This document shows, in pieces, positions 15,132 through 28,398 of a stretch of 64,000 bases of DNA; within the stretch, counting starts at the first letter, position 1, and every line of letters starts with the position of its first letter. The stretch is from Spironucleus salmonicida (lineage: Eukaryota), in NCBI RefSeq assembly GCF_000497125.1, contig NC_090598.1, positions 1,674,001 to 1,738,000 of the forward strand, in the 5' to 3' direction. The position numbers and the translations under genes were made by a program. The notes under the pieces were generated by a model that was given only the letters and a program-made list of their open reading frames with translations, did no database searches and was not told where the DNA came from.

Positions 15132-15476
15132 ATGAGTTAATTATTAGATAGCTTAAAATAGCTTACATTGGATATCGATTAAATCTAGAACGAAACACAT
15201 CCTGAATATAAATTATTATTATCAACATTAGAAGCAACTAAATCACGTTTATTAGCAATGGCATAACTTCAATATAACTCGGATATTCATTTTTCTGAGC
15301 AGACTAAAAAAGTATCTAGGAAAACATTTGATAATGATTATAAACTAGGTATCTCAGATGCTTATAATTCAGTTTAATAAGAAATTTAGAAGAGAAAAAC
15401 AGATTTAATTGGAATTTTAAGCAAACTTAATGCATCAGAATAACTTGAATAGCTTGAAAATATAAAAATTGAGTGA
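15132..15476 (+). CDS. Small Sds3/BRMS1-like coiled-coil protein (114 aa)
   Basis: LKQLTLDIDQIQNETHPEYKLLLSTLE..KSRLLAMA contains the HPEY hallmark of Sds3-like domains. Ends GAG TGA. Confidence 0.6.
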
Positions 15477-15489
15477 AATTAAATTTAAA

Positions 15490-17370
15490 TCAAAATGCTT
15501 CTAGCATATCTAAAAGTTCTGCTGCATCTTCTCTTATTTATTCGTCTGAATCAGCTATTTAGATCTTAAACATTTCATTTAATAAGTTTTTCATTTAATC
15601 TGAAAGAGTCATTTCATTATCAACAATAAATTCATATATTTTTCTGATATTTTTACATATCTCTTAGCGGACATAAATAGATGTATCAGAACAAAAAGTA
15701 ATTAACTAAGCTGCCACATCGCTAAGTTTTTCAACAGATTCTGATCTAATAAAAGCTTTTAAAAGCTACACTAAACATCCGCAGCATGAAATTCTATTTT
15801 AAAAACTAGAAGTATTTGATTTGCTCATTGTAAATAGTTACCCAATAAGACTTGAATTTACATATTTTACTCCTTTCATAACACCAGCTTCTGCTATCAT
15901 ATCAATTGCATATTGGCGAACTTCAAAAGCTTCATCAGTTAAATAACTGATCAATTCTTCAATAATATCTTCACATTTTCCATCTTTTTTAATAATTCCA
16001 GTTTCTACTCTTAGTATAGCACATCTAACGCGCCATTTTGGATCTTTCTGAGATGCTAATGTTTTTAATTGTTTGAGAGAGAAATCTGGAAGGAAATTAT
16101 AAAGATCTAACAAGTCATCAATAGCTTATGCACGAACTTCTTAATCTTTATCAATACATAATTTTGAAGCAATATCTTCCAGTGCTAGTTTTAATTAATC
16201 TTTAATTTCTTAAGGTAAAATCTTATTAATAATCATTTATTTTGCAATTTTAGATAAAGATTTACTTAATGAAAGCTTTACTTTTACTGTTTCTGTATCC
16301 ACTGCTCTAGATACTAAAGCTGGAGCAAAAATATTAATCGTTGTGTTACCATCTAAATATTAAAGTACCTAATCCGCATTAGCCAGTGAAACCAAGCGAA
16401 TATCTTATTCACAGTCTTCAGTTAATAACCTAAACATAACTGCACAGTCTTAAACATCTAGTTTTTTGTGAATTTATTCAAAAAACATTGGCATAAGTAT
16501 AGCAGTTCTATATCTAATTCTCCAATATCTATCGGAAGAACCACGAGAAATAGCTTTTATCAATTAGGGTAATATTTCTTTGACTTCTCTAAATTCTCTA
16601 GCCTACTAATCTTGTATTGTTTCTTTAATCATAACAATTAGTTTTAAAATTAATAAACCATTATCAACATTTTATGCTCGTACAGGATCAGCTAAATCCT
16701 ATGCTAATCTATCAAAGCATGCAAAAATATAAGTAGGTGAATGAACAAATTTATCGCACAAACCTGCAATTAGTATTTAGTTAACAAGAGATGATACAGA
16801 TACCGCACATTATTACCTAACTAAAGCATCCTAATCTTATACTAAAGAACCAAATACTTAGCCAAGTGTTTATTTCAATGATAACTTATCTTATTCTTAT
16901 AGGTCAATTGTATTGTACAACAATGGAATTAATTAAGCCGCTAGATATCTTTGCATTGTTGAAATAGACTAAGAAAGCGTAAATACAAATTAGCACAGTG
17001 GTTGAAGCGAGTCTTTATAATATGTTAATACTTTTTTAAATGAATAACATAATGCCGTATTTACATGATGCGATGAAGATTACGATAGACCATCGACTGC
17101 CGCTAAAAAGGCTATAACACCTTCCTAAGTAGGTTTCTAAGTATTAGTAACTTTTAGTAAATCACCAACTCTACATGAAAGTGCTACTAAAACTTCCTCT
17201 GGCTGATTAGTATAATATGTGTTAAGAGTTTTCAGTAACTCAAGAGATTTTTCTGGTCCAGCAGCTAATGCAACAATTACTATATTTTGACATGCCTACA
17301 CTTTTATATCATGTTCGAAACAATATAAAACATCTTATTAGAACGTAAAAATTGGATCTATTTAGGTCAT
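15490..17370 (-). CDS. PPP2R1: Protein phosphatase 2A scaffold (A/PR65) subunit, HEAT repeats
   Basis: MTQIDPIFTF...IVIVALAAGPEKS...PEEVLVALSCRVGDL, plus HEAT motifs DPKWRVR and YLTDEAFEVR. 626 aa. Confidence 0.88.
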
Positions 17371-17482
17371 TTGTGGAGTGTATATAGTACTTAGATAATA
17401 ATATATAATATTAGTAAAATAATTTAATATTAAAAAACTATAATTAAACTGTTATATTAAATAATCTATAGCATTTATAGAA

Positions 17483-18388
17483 ATGTCATTCTTCCATCGT
17501 TAGAATGTTACTAAGTACACCAAATCGATCTCATTATATCCTACAATGTCAGTATTAGGGTTTTAATAATACTACCCTTTGTAATATCAGATAATTCATT
17601 AATCGTGTATTAATGGGTTTTCTAATATTAATGATATCACGTTAAGATTGTAACTATAATCTATATTTGAAATATTTATTATTTAAATTTAGCTTTACTA
17701 GGTATCTATTTCTTAAATTTTATAGAAATAAGTTATTGAAGTGCTAGAAATAATCTTTACTTGTTTTCTTGAATAATAATTTTAATTTATTATTTAAGAT
17801 CTTCATTTTAATATTATATATAATGATTTTGTATTGATTGAATAACAATTTAGCTCAATTTTAACTATTAACTAGTCAGTTTTAATAAAATTAGGTTTAT
17901 TTTTTGTTTAAAAATTTAATGATTAAAAGGTACATTTCATCAAATATTTCTCTCATTTTAGTAGTTAAAAACAATTCAACAATATTGAATTTTAAAGGTA
18001 AATTTAATCATAAAGATATATATTAGAAGTAATGCTACAGTTTTTATTTAACGACTTATTTATTTATATCTTTTTAGAGTTACATATATAATAATATGCA
18101 TTTATTTTGGTAGAGCTGATAACAGTGTTTTTATAACCTTTTAGTCTCAGATTTAAGAGTTCGATATCAAAAATATGTACTTCATGTATTTAATAAAGTT
18201 AAGAACCTAAAGATATATCTTACATAATTAATATTATAAAATAATCGTAAAAATAATATATTTATAGGTTTATATCGTTTAATTTAGATTAGTTAAATAT
18301 AAAATCTTCTAAAACCTTAATATTTTCTTTAACAGGAGCGATTTCCTCATTATATTCTTGCCTTTTAATAAAATAATGTAGATAATGA
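17483..18388 (+). CDS. Hypothetical protein
   Basis: ATG after an AT-rich spacer. Same-frame TAA TGA at 18383-18388. No motif recognised. Confidence 0.55.
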
Positions 18389-18424
18389 TTATTATATGTA
18401 TTATTGTGTATATTATTTTTTGAA

Positions 18425-19297
18425 ATGTTCCGCAGATTTATTCTTATACTGGATTGTTCATGTTCAACTACATAACAGTAAGTTAAAGACTTAATTCCAT
18501 TAGTAGAATAAATTTTTAATTAGGTTATTTCTACTTCTCCTCTTTCATAATGTGCAATGGTAATAGTATCGGATTAAAGGGCATATTTCGAAATTGATTT
18601 TACACAATAGTTATCAGAATTATTATCACCATTATAGTAAGATAAAATAACACCAAATGGTGCGTTTTCTATCGCAAATGCTCTCTAACTGTTAAATGCT
18701 ATTAATACCAAACCATACTAAACTAAAGAAGCCCTTTTAATATCATTTTCAGCAATATCTTATGATTCATAGAATGTATTTGTTATTTCTAATGAATTGA
18801 AAAGTTAAAAAGTCAAATTTTCTGCTTTATCAATTAATTCTACAATGCAAGTTTTACAAACGTTATCAACAGATCTTAGCGGTACATATGAGATATTCCC
18901 AACAATATAATTGGCTATAGTTAACTTCAGATTATTTTAATCAGTAACAAGATCCGATATATAAACAAATAATGCGACATTATTTAATTTAGCTGATATA
19001 TCTCAGGATTCTATATGTGGTTGTTGCGGACATTTTAATGAGTTTACTTTTACATGTTAGAATTGTTCTGCTAGTAGCTGTAAGCCGGGACCCTGCTATT
19101 GCTGTGGAGTATGGTTAGGAGAAGTATTGAGTTTAATTAGGGTTAAAAAGTAAGAATACTAATTAGCTTTATCAAATAATGGTAATTGCATATGCGGAGA
19201 TCCTGGAGAAGTGCAATGTTAGAGTTGTAATGTATATTATTGTGTTAAATGTTGTTAAATAGTTTAATAAGTTGGTATTTGTTGTTGTAGTGAGTGA
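18425..19297 (+). CDS. GTF2H2: TFIIH p44 / Ssl1 subunit (vWA + Cys-rich zinc fingers)
   Basis: MFRRFILILDCS, SPLSQCAMV, GAFSIANAL, TKEALLISFSAISYD, followed by C-terminal CxxC clusters. Ends GAG TGA. Confidence 0.75.
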
Positions 19298-19313
19298 GAA
19301 AAGCAAAGTACCA

Positions 19314-22300
19314 TCACTTACCAACAGCTCCCAAAAATTATTTTAACGCCGTCATTGAACCACCAATTGTGACAATACATGCATCGGGTAGAATTTCTAA
19401 CATACTTTCAATTATAGTACTAAGAACCAGGCGCATATTTGACATTGAGTTTACAAAGTCATACGCCATTAGGTCACACTAAATAACGTCTACATAACAT
19501 TTTAGTATTTTTGAAAATTTCAAATATTTTTCACCATTTTATAATGCAGCATGTCTAAGCAGTATACGGATTATTTATTTAGAAACGGTTTAAAGTTGTT
19601 AAAATACAAAAACTGAATTTTTAATTAATTTTTTCAACTCAGTTGATACAGTTTTATCTAAGATATCGCTAGAAACTTGAGAAAATCTCCCCAATTAGAG
19701 AGAAATAAACATTTCTTGTAAGTTTTATATACTCATTCTTCTTATAGATAAGTCAGTAGATACATCATACTCTAACCCTGCAGAAAAAGCAAAGAACATT
19801 TCCGAAATTGTTTTCGCAGACCATTAAGGAATAAGGATTTGACAATACTATCTAAAGCCTCCTTCCCCTATTAAATTACCTGTTTTTTATTCTTTTGCTA
19901 GGTAGTTAAAAACTAAACCTGCTTGTTAAAATGCTGTTCTTCTAAATCCACCATAAGCAAATAGAATTAATTATATAAATTATTGTAGAGATATTTAAGT
20001 TGGGACAACAAACTCATCATTTTATTATTTTGAATATAAAATAGAGAAAACATTTTAAACAAATGCATACTATCTTTTTGGCTCCCAATTTTATAATATT
20101 GTTGCCGTCACTGATGGTATTGCCTAAGTAGCCAAAAATTCAGAATTTGCATCTGTTTTTCCTTAGAATCCTAAGATTCGCCTGATTTCAAGATATAACA
20201 AATAATAGTCATTTTCTAAATCTTCGAAAAACATTCTTGTATACAGATATATTTCTTCATTTTCGTATTAATAATACGCTAGATTTACGATGAAGTTAAA
20301 AGCAAGATTAGATACGATTGCTTTAACACCATATTTCTATTATGCCCAAAACATGAAAAATGCAGCAGGAGATTCAGCTTCTCTTCTCAATAATTAACCA
20401 GGGATTATCTGAAACTAAACTTTTCTAGCATCATCAGAAGATGTTACAAAAGTAGATGGCATATCCTACATTGATACTGTGAAAATTTAACTTGAATATG
20501 ATAAACGCTCAACTATAAGAGTTCTTACTAATTTTAATGTCCAATGCAATGATTTGATAGTAACGTTTTGCACAGGAAGTTTTATATAATCATATACTCC
20601 CAATTATACAAATGATATTTTAGTCAATGTAAGATCTTCTAACAGCTTAAATATTAGCGGTACATACCCCTTAGTATTGCATGTAATAGAGGATAATTTT
20701 ATATATTTAATTGTATTATTAACTTATGGCAATAGTGTAACTAGCTTCCTTATCTCTGGTGATGGGTTGTATGACTATTTAAAAGTAGCAACATCAATAT
20801 TATATTTAAAGAGTTTAAAAGTATTTTTTTAAAGTTATATCATATTCAAAAATTAATTTTTCCCAACATCTTTAGTATCAGATTTATCAAATGTAGTGTA
20901 GAATTTTTCTAAATCTTAATAATCTTAAAACAAAACTGGGTAGAATAAAGTAAACTCTGATACATCTCCATCTGCTGGACAATATTTAAGATATACTTTA
21001 TCCACTGGATGTTAAATAACGAAATTGTCATTTAATGGTGGAGATATAATCGATTTTTGAGAATATCTAATGTATTCACCATAACGTGGATGAATTTATA
21101 TAACCGAATGCAATACTTACGTTGCAGTTTCAGAATCATCTTTATTTTGTTATACCTTGACAAGTTATAAAAAATCTTAATATGAAGGTACTGATTTATC
21201 AATAGCTTCCAATCTTTTCATAGCCTCATTTTAATCTAAAATTAGTTTATTTTAATTAATTTAATACTTTGAATTTATTGATGTTTAATCTAATTTATGA
21301 GTTGCAAATTATCCTTGACGTAAAAGAACATGCTTGTTTCTCTATTATGCTGATGGAATCATTTTAGATGAGCCTAGTGTTTAAGGTTATTTCACATCAT
21401 CTAAACCTTTTTAAAAATGAGACTCATGCTATTGGATCAGTGATATTGTTTTCTAATTCTGAGACTATAATTATGATTCTTTTTTAAGCTAACTCAATTT
21501 GGATGTTTATTGCTCTATTTACTTTACTTTGTCGCGAATTCCATCTTCAATAGTAGTATTTTCTACATACTTAGGTTAAACTACTTATAAGCTTTAAATT
21601 TAAGGATTTAAAACTGGACCTTTATTATTATTAAAATTAATTTTCATTGCTAAAAGATCAGAGTTAATTCCAGATTCCTAAATAATTTGATGTGCTCCTA
21701 ATTATGTAATAGCTTATTCCTCGTCATCCATGCCTACTAAACCTGTAACTTTGAATGAATTAACATCCCCTGCGAACATTTCTTTAATATCTTTTGCGAT
21801 AGCAGTATCATTAATAAAATCTTCAAGTGCTATATCTGTTTGCATACAATAATCTATTCCAATTGCTGATTCTATTGTCTAAATTTCTTATGTTTATTTT
21901 GGCGGCACAAAGTTCTTTACTTTGTCTCCTAACAATTATTCTTCATTCATATAGTTATCTAAATCATTTATTTAATTTTTTAATATGATAGCTTCAGACT
22001 GCAAAGGGAATAATTCATCATCTAATGCATTTTAGTTAATTGCAATATCATTAATATTTTACTATTTTTTTTGGCGCTATTCAATTGCCTAAATATTTGG
22101 TTTAAACAAAGTTTCCTATTTTGTTGCTTTTAATTTTTTAACTAAAGCTTATGTATGTTTGATAAATTGATCATTGCTAAGCTTAGTTAGTTTAACAAAA
22201 TCTACTCCAAAAGCTTACAAAATTTCATTTGCTCTAATTATAAAAATATTTTATTATTAAATTTATAGCGACGTGACTTCTTCCAATGGGTTCAGTAGGT

Positions 22301-25085
22301 TTAACTCTGTGTTGCCTGACAATGACACATTTTCAGGAATTTCAAATTAAATTTTTTCTAATTATAATTCTTTCTTTTCTTCTTAGGGATTTTTATTAAC
22401 AGTCTTTACTGTATCTGCTTATGTTAAGAAGTCTAATAGAATCTATAAAAGCTCTTTCGGTGCTTTTAACTTCTAATTTCCCTAGTCTATTTGTTAAATT
22501 TGATTCCATTCCTTAATATAATCTTAATAAAATATGTTAAAATTTCTTTTATTAATAGTATTATCAATATGTTTGAATAAGACATTGTTAAGTTAAGTCT
22601 TGTATTAGGATCTTACATCTGCTGGTAATGTTTTAACTATGTTATTAATTTATTATAAGATATTTGACTATTAAACTGATAACATTTAAATAGTGTCTTT
22701 TTACTACTATTCATTTCTATTAGTAATCAGTGAATCAACATTAGATGGTTTTGGCAATACAAGTGAAGGTTTATCTGTATTCTACTAGGTATCTTGTATT
22801 TGACTAATAATATTTCTACTAGAGATATGAGATTAAGTATAGGTGGAGTCCTTATTACTAGATTATATGCTTTCATCATCTTAGGAATGTATATTAATTT
22901 TGTTTGACTAACTAACTATTTTTAATTTTCCAATTAAACTTTATGCTTTTGAGAGATTATCAGATTATTTACCAAGATTTGCTAAATCATCTTTTTAATA
23001 ATCTACTACACTATCTAAAGTTTCTTTAGTTTTCATTTCCAGGTTTGTAACATATACCTATCCATATTTTAACCCTGACAATTTTTCAGCGGATAATAGC
23101 TTTTTGTAACCTAGCAATTAAGTTTTATTCGGTAAAGCTTCAGTTGAACTCTTATGTTTTTTATTATTGTTATACGTTTCTTCCGATGTAGATTCTCCAT
23201 AGACAATAGAAGAATTATTAGTAGATTATTTTTTATAGACAGAGCCCTATCTCTCCTTTAATAATGATTTTCTCGTATTTTTATTAGTGTAATCTCTTTA
23301 ACTAAGTTACTTTTTCGGTTTATCTTTTATATCTTTGGAAATAAATGTACTCTTATCGGCATCTATTAATGCATTCCCTTCACTAAGCCCTTATGAAAAT
23401 TCATTAATTTCTCTAACATCGCTTTCTGTAACTTATGAGTTCTCATTGTTCGCATTATCACTATTTTTGTTACTGTTTTCAACAAAGCTAGCCTAAGATC
23501 GGTTTAAGTATTCCATATTTGCTACCATTTATTTTTATTGTAGATTCATATTGTCACGTTTTAGTTTTTCAATTTACGATAAAAGAAATTATGTCTAGTC
23601 TTATTATTTGGCAAGAATTTCTTCTTGAAGAATATTAACATTTAGTGTAGCTTATTAATTTATAATGGACTTTTACTCAATTGGTATTAACTATTTTCTT
23701 TTTCCACCGTTAGCTTTTTTAATTACAGTAATATTTTCTGCCATTGTTCCATCAATCTAAACAGCAACTGTTCTGTATTATGTAACATTTTCAAAAGTAG
23801 GAGAAAAATGTTCTAAAACTTATTCACAAAAATCGGAATTCTGAAGAGAAGCTACAACATTATATGCACAATGCAAACTAGTTCTATCAATTCCTAATTC
23901 CTTTACTAATAAATCTTGTGATGATAATTACGATATTTCAATAAGTACTTATAAAGCTTATTTAATAGTATCGCTAGCCGTTTCTGGAACATCTACTAAT
24001 TTGAACTTATTACAGCCATTGTTAATCTCCTCTTATAAACGTTAAATATGTTCATTCTAGGTATTTATCAATGCTTATTATATAGAGTACTAATCGAATA
24101 ATTTCTTATATGATAACTAGTGTTCTTCGATGACATTTTCTAAATCTATAACTTTACGCTCAGCTCGTTAAATTTTATCATGGCTTTACTCTGCAATACT
24201 TCTAAATTTTGTGACTGACACTTATAATCGTCTAGTTCTATTATTAAGATCATTTTTTTCTTATTATTAATGACTAATTTCTGCAATAAGTTAAATATTT
24301 TATTTTTACACAGCTTCATTACTATTTGCTAGGTTTTCTTTTTCAAACATTAGTTTAAAATTAAGTTGTTTTAATTTTTCTGAAAAAATAATTTATTTTT
24401 CTAATTTCGAATTATATTCATTGAGATCTTTATTAAGCCTACAAATTTCTATTGTTAAATTATCAGAATCAAGCTGAAGTTAAAAGCATCTTGCATCTAA
24501 GTTTTTGGTAGCGTATTCTAAACTTTATTGCTTTTTTGATTTCTCTTTAATTTTATAAATAAAAAAATTCCTAATCTATTTCAAGGTATCTGATAGCTTT
24601 GGTGTATCTTTACGTAAAACATTAATAATATCATTAAATCCCATAACATACATTTCTACCTCGTCGATATTTTCTTTATTCTCAAATATAGCATTCATTT
24701 TTATTGGAGTAATTTCATTAATTTTTTCATTACTATCTAATACGCCGTCTTTACCAAAAACAAAATCATCTTCATCTTTCATTAATACTTTCAAATGTTC
24801 CATTCTTTCAATTTCCTCAGTTTCTATAAAAAAATCTTGGTTTTCTTTTTATTCCTTAATCTATGATTATTATATATCTTTAATAATACATTACGCTCCG
24901 TCACTCCATCCTTTTATCTATGTTCTTTTTGCGAACTCGTTCGTATTGGCGAAGTCTTAAGATTTTATGTTTGTTTAAAAATCTAGAGGATCAAGTTTAT
25001 GTGGAATATCAATAGGTCTTGAAAAATCTGCTAAAGACGACTTAGCATTAAATCTAAGTAGTGGAGAAAGTGATCTAGGTGGCAT
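19314..25085 (-). CDS. Very large coiled-coil protein (~1923 aa), C-terminal region weakly TSNAXIP1-like
   Basis: ATG at 25085 and TGA at 19314 are in frame with track ORF 24576-24803. Contains FFMFWAQQKYGVKAIV and ENEEIYLYTRMF. Confidence 0.55.
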
Positions 25086-25136
25086 TTATATTTGAATAAT
25101 ACAAATATTATTATATTATATAACAACTTATTAGTC

Positions 25137-25970
25137 TCACTAAGTAAAAATGATGAAATAAGCCGTCAGAAATAATGTAAGTACAATAATCCAGTAATCT
25201 GCTGAACCTATATGATTAATTAGGCAGTGAAAACCATATGCAGAATTTCTAATTCCTTCAGTTTCCTAAATAGTTTACTCAAATCCTTGATCTCTCATAT
25301 TATTTAAAACTATATGATCGTTAATGAGGGTTTTTTCTAAAGCCTTTAATGTTATTTATAATGTACGTATTTGTTCATGACAATTTAATTAAGCATTGGG
25401 CTATTAAAATTATAGACTATCTGTGGAACAGTCTAAATCACTAAAACTTTACTAGTCTAGTTCAGATAATATTTTATTTAGTTAAAATGCAGACATAACT
25501 TAAGTCTCTTATATTTAAAGCTATATTTAACGTTATTGATGTTTTATAAACTTATTTATATCAACTTAAGTATTATATGTCTATATTATTTAAGGATTAA
25601 TCTTGTTAACATCTTATAAATTATTTATTTTTTATTTTAGTCTACTTATTTCATTTACTAATTCATCATTTATCTTAATAAGATATTAAGTATCTTTCAA
25701 TATTTATATGGTATCCGATTCTATTTTTACAAGATTTGGTAATGATTATTGTAAAGTATTAGTTAATTTTGATTAATATAACGGAGAGTTCAGAATAATT
25801 TCAGTATATGCCGTTTTTAGCTCTAAAACAGTTATTAAATCTATATCAAACTTTTATTCAAGTTAGTGCGAAATATTTTAATTAAAACTAGATAGAATGC
25901 ATGATTTCTCGATAACTTGATCATTTTTGTCGTATTTATTATCCTATAGAAATGTATCAAGATAATTCAT
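25137..25970 (-). CDS. Tail-anchored SNARE, Use1-like
   Basis: C-terminal heptads IRTLQNNIKALEKTLINDHIVL followed by TM YWIIVLTLFLTAYFIIF and stop. Confidence 0.55.
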
Positions 25971-25999
25971 TTACAAATTTTATAATACCTTATATATAA

Positions 26000-27094
26000 T
26001 CACTATTATAATTCCGATAAAAGTAAATCAATCTCTTCAATTACAGTTTTACTTTAGATTATAACACTGCTGCTCTCTATACTCTAGATGCTTTAAAGTA
26101 GTTTCTTATCTATACTTGATAAATTTATGTTTTACTACTTCAAGCAGGCAATTTCTGCATAAATATTATCATCCCCTTCAAAATCATATTTAGTAATCTT
26201 TGAAATTTCAAGTTTTTATCTATGCAGTACCTTTAATGCAATCATCTATAGTTCTAAATTACCAGAAAATTCTGCTTGAACTCCTATATTTTTTCCAACA
26301 TACTAAGATTACGTTTACTTCTCTGAATCTCCAGTAAATCTATTGTCGAATAATCCAAGACCATCAAAATAAGATTCAGATGCAATATATTCATAATTAA
26401 TAGTTTGCTATTCTTTATCTACTTTACTCACCTGAAAATCAGTGAATGAATCGAGTAAGATATTAGAGTTAATAACTTCTGGTGTATGGATGTGTTAGCT
26501 TTGAAATTAGTGTCGTTGCTTTTTGATTTAACTAATTTCTTATTAGTTTGTTTTAATTTAAAATTACAGAGCTTTGTATAACTTTTTTATTAATTTGATA
26601 TAATCTGGCTAAAATGGAGATTTTATTTTAGTACCATTATATTAAGTTATGTATGGAAAATATTTAAGTATTTATGTAATTTATATGTTCTAATTTAGTA
26701 TATTAATACTCTGAATAGCATACATGTTAAATTATCTCAAAATTAGAATTAAAAGCTCATAAGAACAATCAATATCTAACGTAATATGACTGATTTAGTT
26801 TTTCAACGTGCTAGATGGTGCTACTTCTAACTATTTAAATGAAATATTACTAATTTCTAATCTTTCTAAATATTTAAAATATTTAAATGACGATATAAAA
26901 TCAAAAAACTATAACTTTGATAACAAAATGTTACAATTCGTAATATTTAAATGTTCAATATATGAAAATTATAGAATGGTATTTTCATCAATGATAAAAT
27001 TATTAAGTTTAACAAATTTAAGTTACGAAGGTTTTAATATATGATCTTTTAGTACAAGATGCTTAATAATATCATAATTTTTTATTTCCTTCAT
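26000..27094 (-). CDS. Hypothetical protein, possible ADA3/Ngg1-like C-terminal motif
   Basis: AEFSGNLELQMIALKVL...EGDDNIYAEIACLKQQ. Ends TAA TAG TGA. Confidence 0.55.
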
Positions 27095-27201
27095 TTTATT
27101 AATATGGGAAATCTATATATAAAATAATATATTGAAAAGTATATAGTATAAAATTTAATATAGATAATTTGAAACAATTATATCACAAATTAATCAGTAA
27201 C

Positions 27202-28326
27202 TCAAATCAAAGATTAAAGCTCAGCTGGAAGGAGTTCAATAGTGGTCTAGTAAGTGTCTTGGATGATTTATAAGTTAGCAGTGTCTTATTCGGATACTAA
27301 ATTAATTGCAACTCCTTTACGACCAAAACGACCAGAACGGCCAATTCTATGAAGATATTACTCAGGTCTTTTAGGTATATCATAGTTAATAACAAGAGAA
27401 ACATTTTAAACGTCAATACCACGAGCTATAACATTAGTGGCAATCAGGACACGTTATGTACCAAGACGGAAAGATTTCATCACAGCATTACGTTCAGCCT
27501 AATCCATTTTACCATGAATCATGTCGCATGCAAAATTTTCATGTTTAAGAGCCTCGTACACTTCAACAACAACCGACTAGTTATTAGAAAATATTATACA
27601 TTATTAAACAGTCATGACTTTGAAAATATCGAAGAGAGTAGATGTTTTCCAGCTATTATCAAGAGCAACTTAATATTGCCTTATACCATCTAAAGTAAGT
27701 TCGTCTTCTTTAACTAAAATTTAAATTGCATCTGGCATGAATGAACTAGTAAGGTCTAAAATCTATTGTGGCATAGTTGCGGAAACCATTACTAGTTGCG
27801 TGCCTTATGAAACTGCTTTGAAAACACTTATAATTTGGTCTTAAAAATCAGTTTTTAACATTTCATCAGCTTCATCGACAATAACCATTTTCACATTTTC
27901 GCAATGCAAATTACCTTAGGTAATAAGTTAATTAAGTCTACCTGGAGTACCAACAACCACATGAGGTACATTACGGTTTAGAGACTCTATATCTTGCTAA
28001 ACGGTGGAACCGCCAATAATGCATTAAACTACTATGTTCATCTTAGAGCCAATAGAGGTTAAAACATCAGCAGACTATTGAGCTAATTCACGTGTTGGGG
28101 CAAGAATTATTGCCTATGTTTTTTTAAGATTTTCATCAATACGTTAAAGACAAGCGATAGAGAAAGTGGCAGTTTTTCCAGTCCCAGATTATGCCTAACA
28201 AATAACATCCTTCCCTGTAGTGATTGGTACTATAGCTTAATCCTAGATAGCAGAAGGTTTTTCAAAGCCATGACCAAATATACCATCAAGTAATTTCGGT
28301 TTTAAATTCATCGCATCAAAGGACAT
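27202..28326 (-). CDS. eIF4A: DEAD-box RNA helicase eIF4A
   Basis: GFEKPSAIQ, AQSGTGKT, PTRELAQQ, DEAD, SAT and HRIGRSGRFGRKG motifs. Conserved Gln positions are encoded by TAA/TAG. Confidence 0.97.
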
Positions 28327-28398
28327 TTCAGATGGAATGGAAACTATAAATTAAATTAAATAATATAATATACTTATAAATATTATTATGGACATTAT

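Noticed and set aside
27349-27693. Plus-strand 114-aa track ORF
   Set aside because: Antisense shadow of eIF4A.
28344-28395. In-frame upstream ATG (28395) and a GT..AG 30-nt intron candidate 5' of eIF4A
   Set aside because: No CTAAC branch point or GTATGT donor. The segment is the AT-rich promoter spacer, and the ATG lies 4 nt from the upstream gene's stop.
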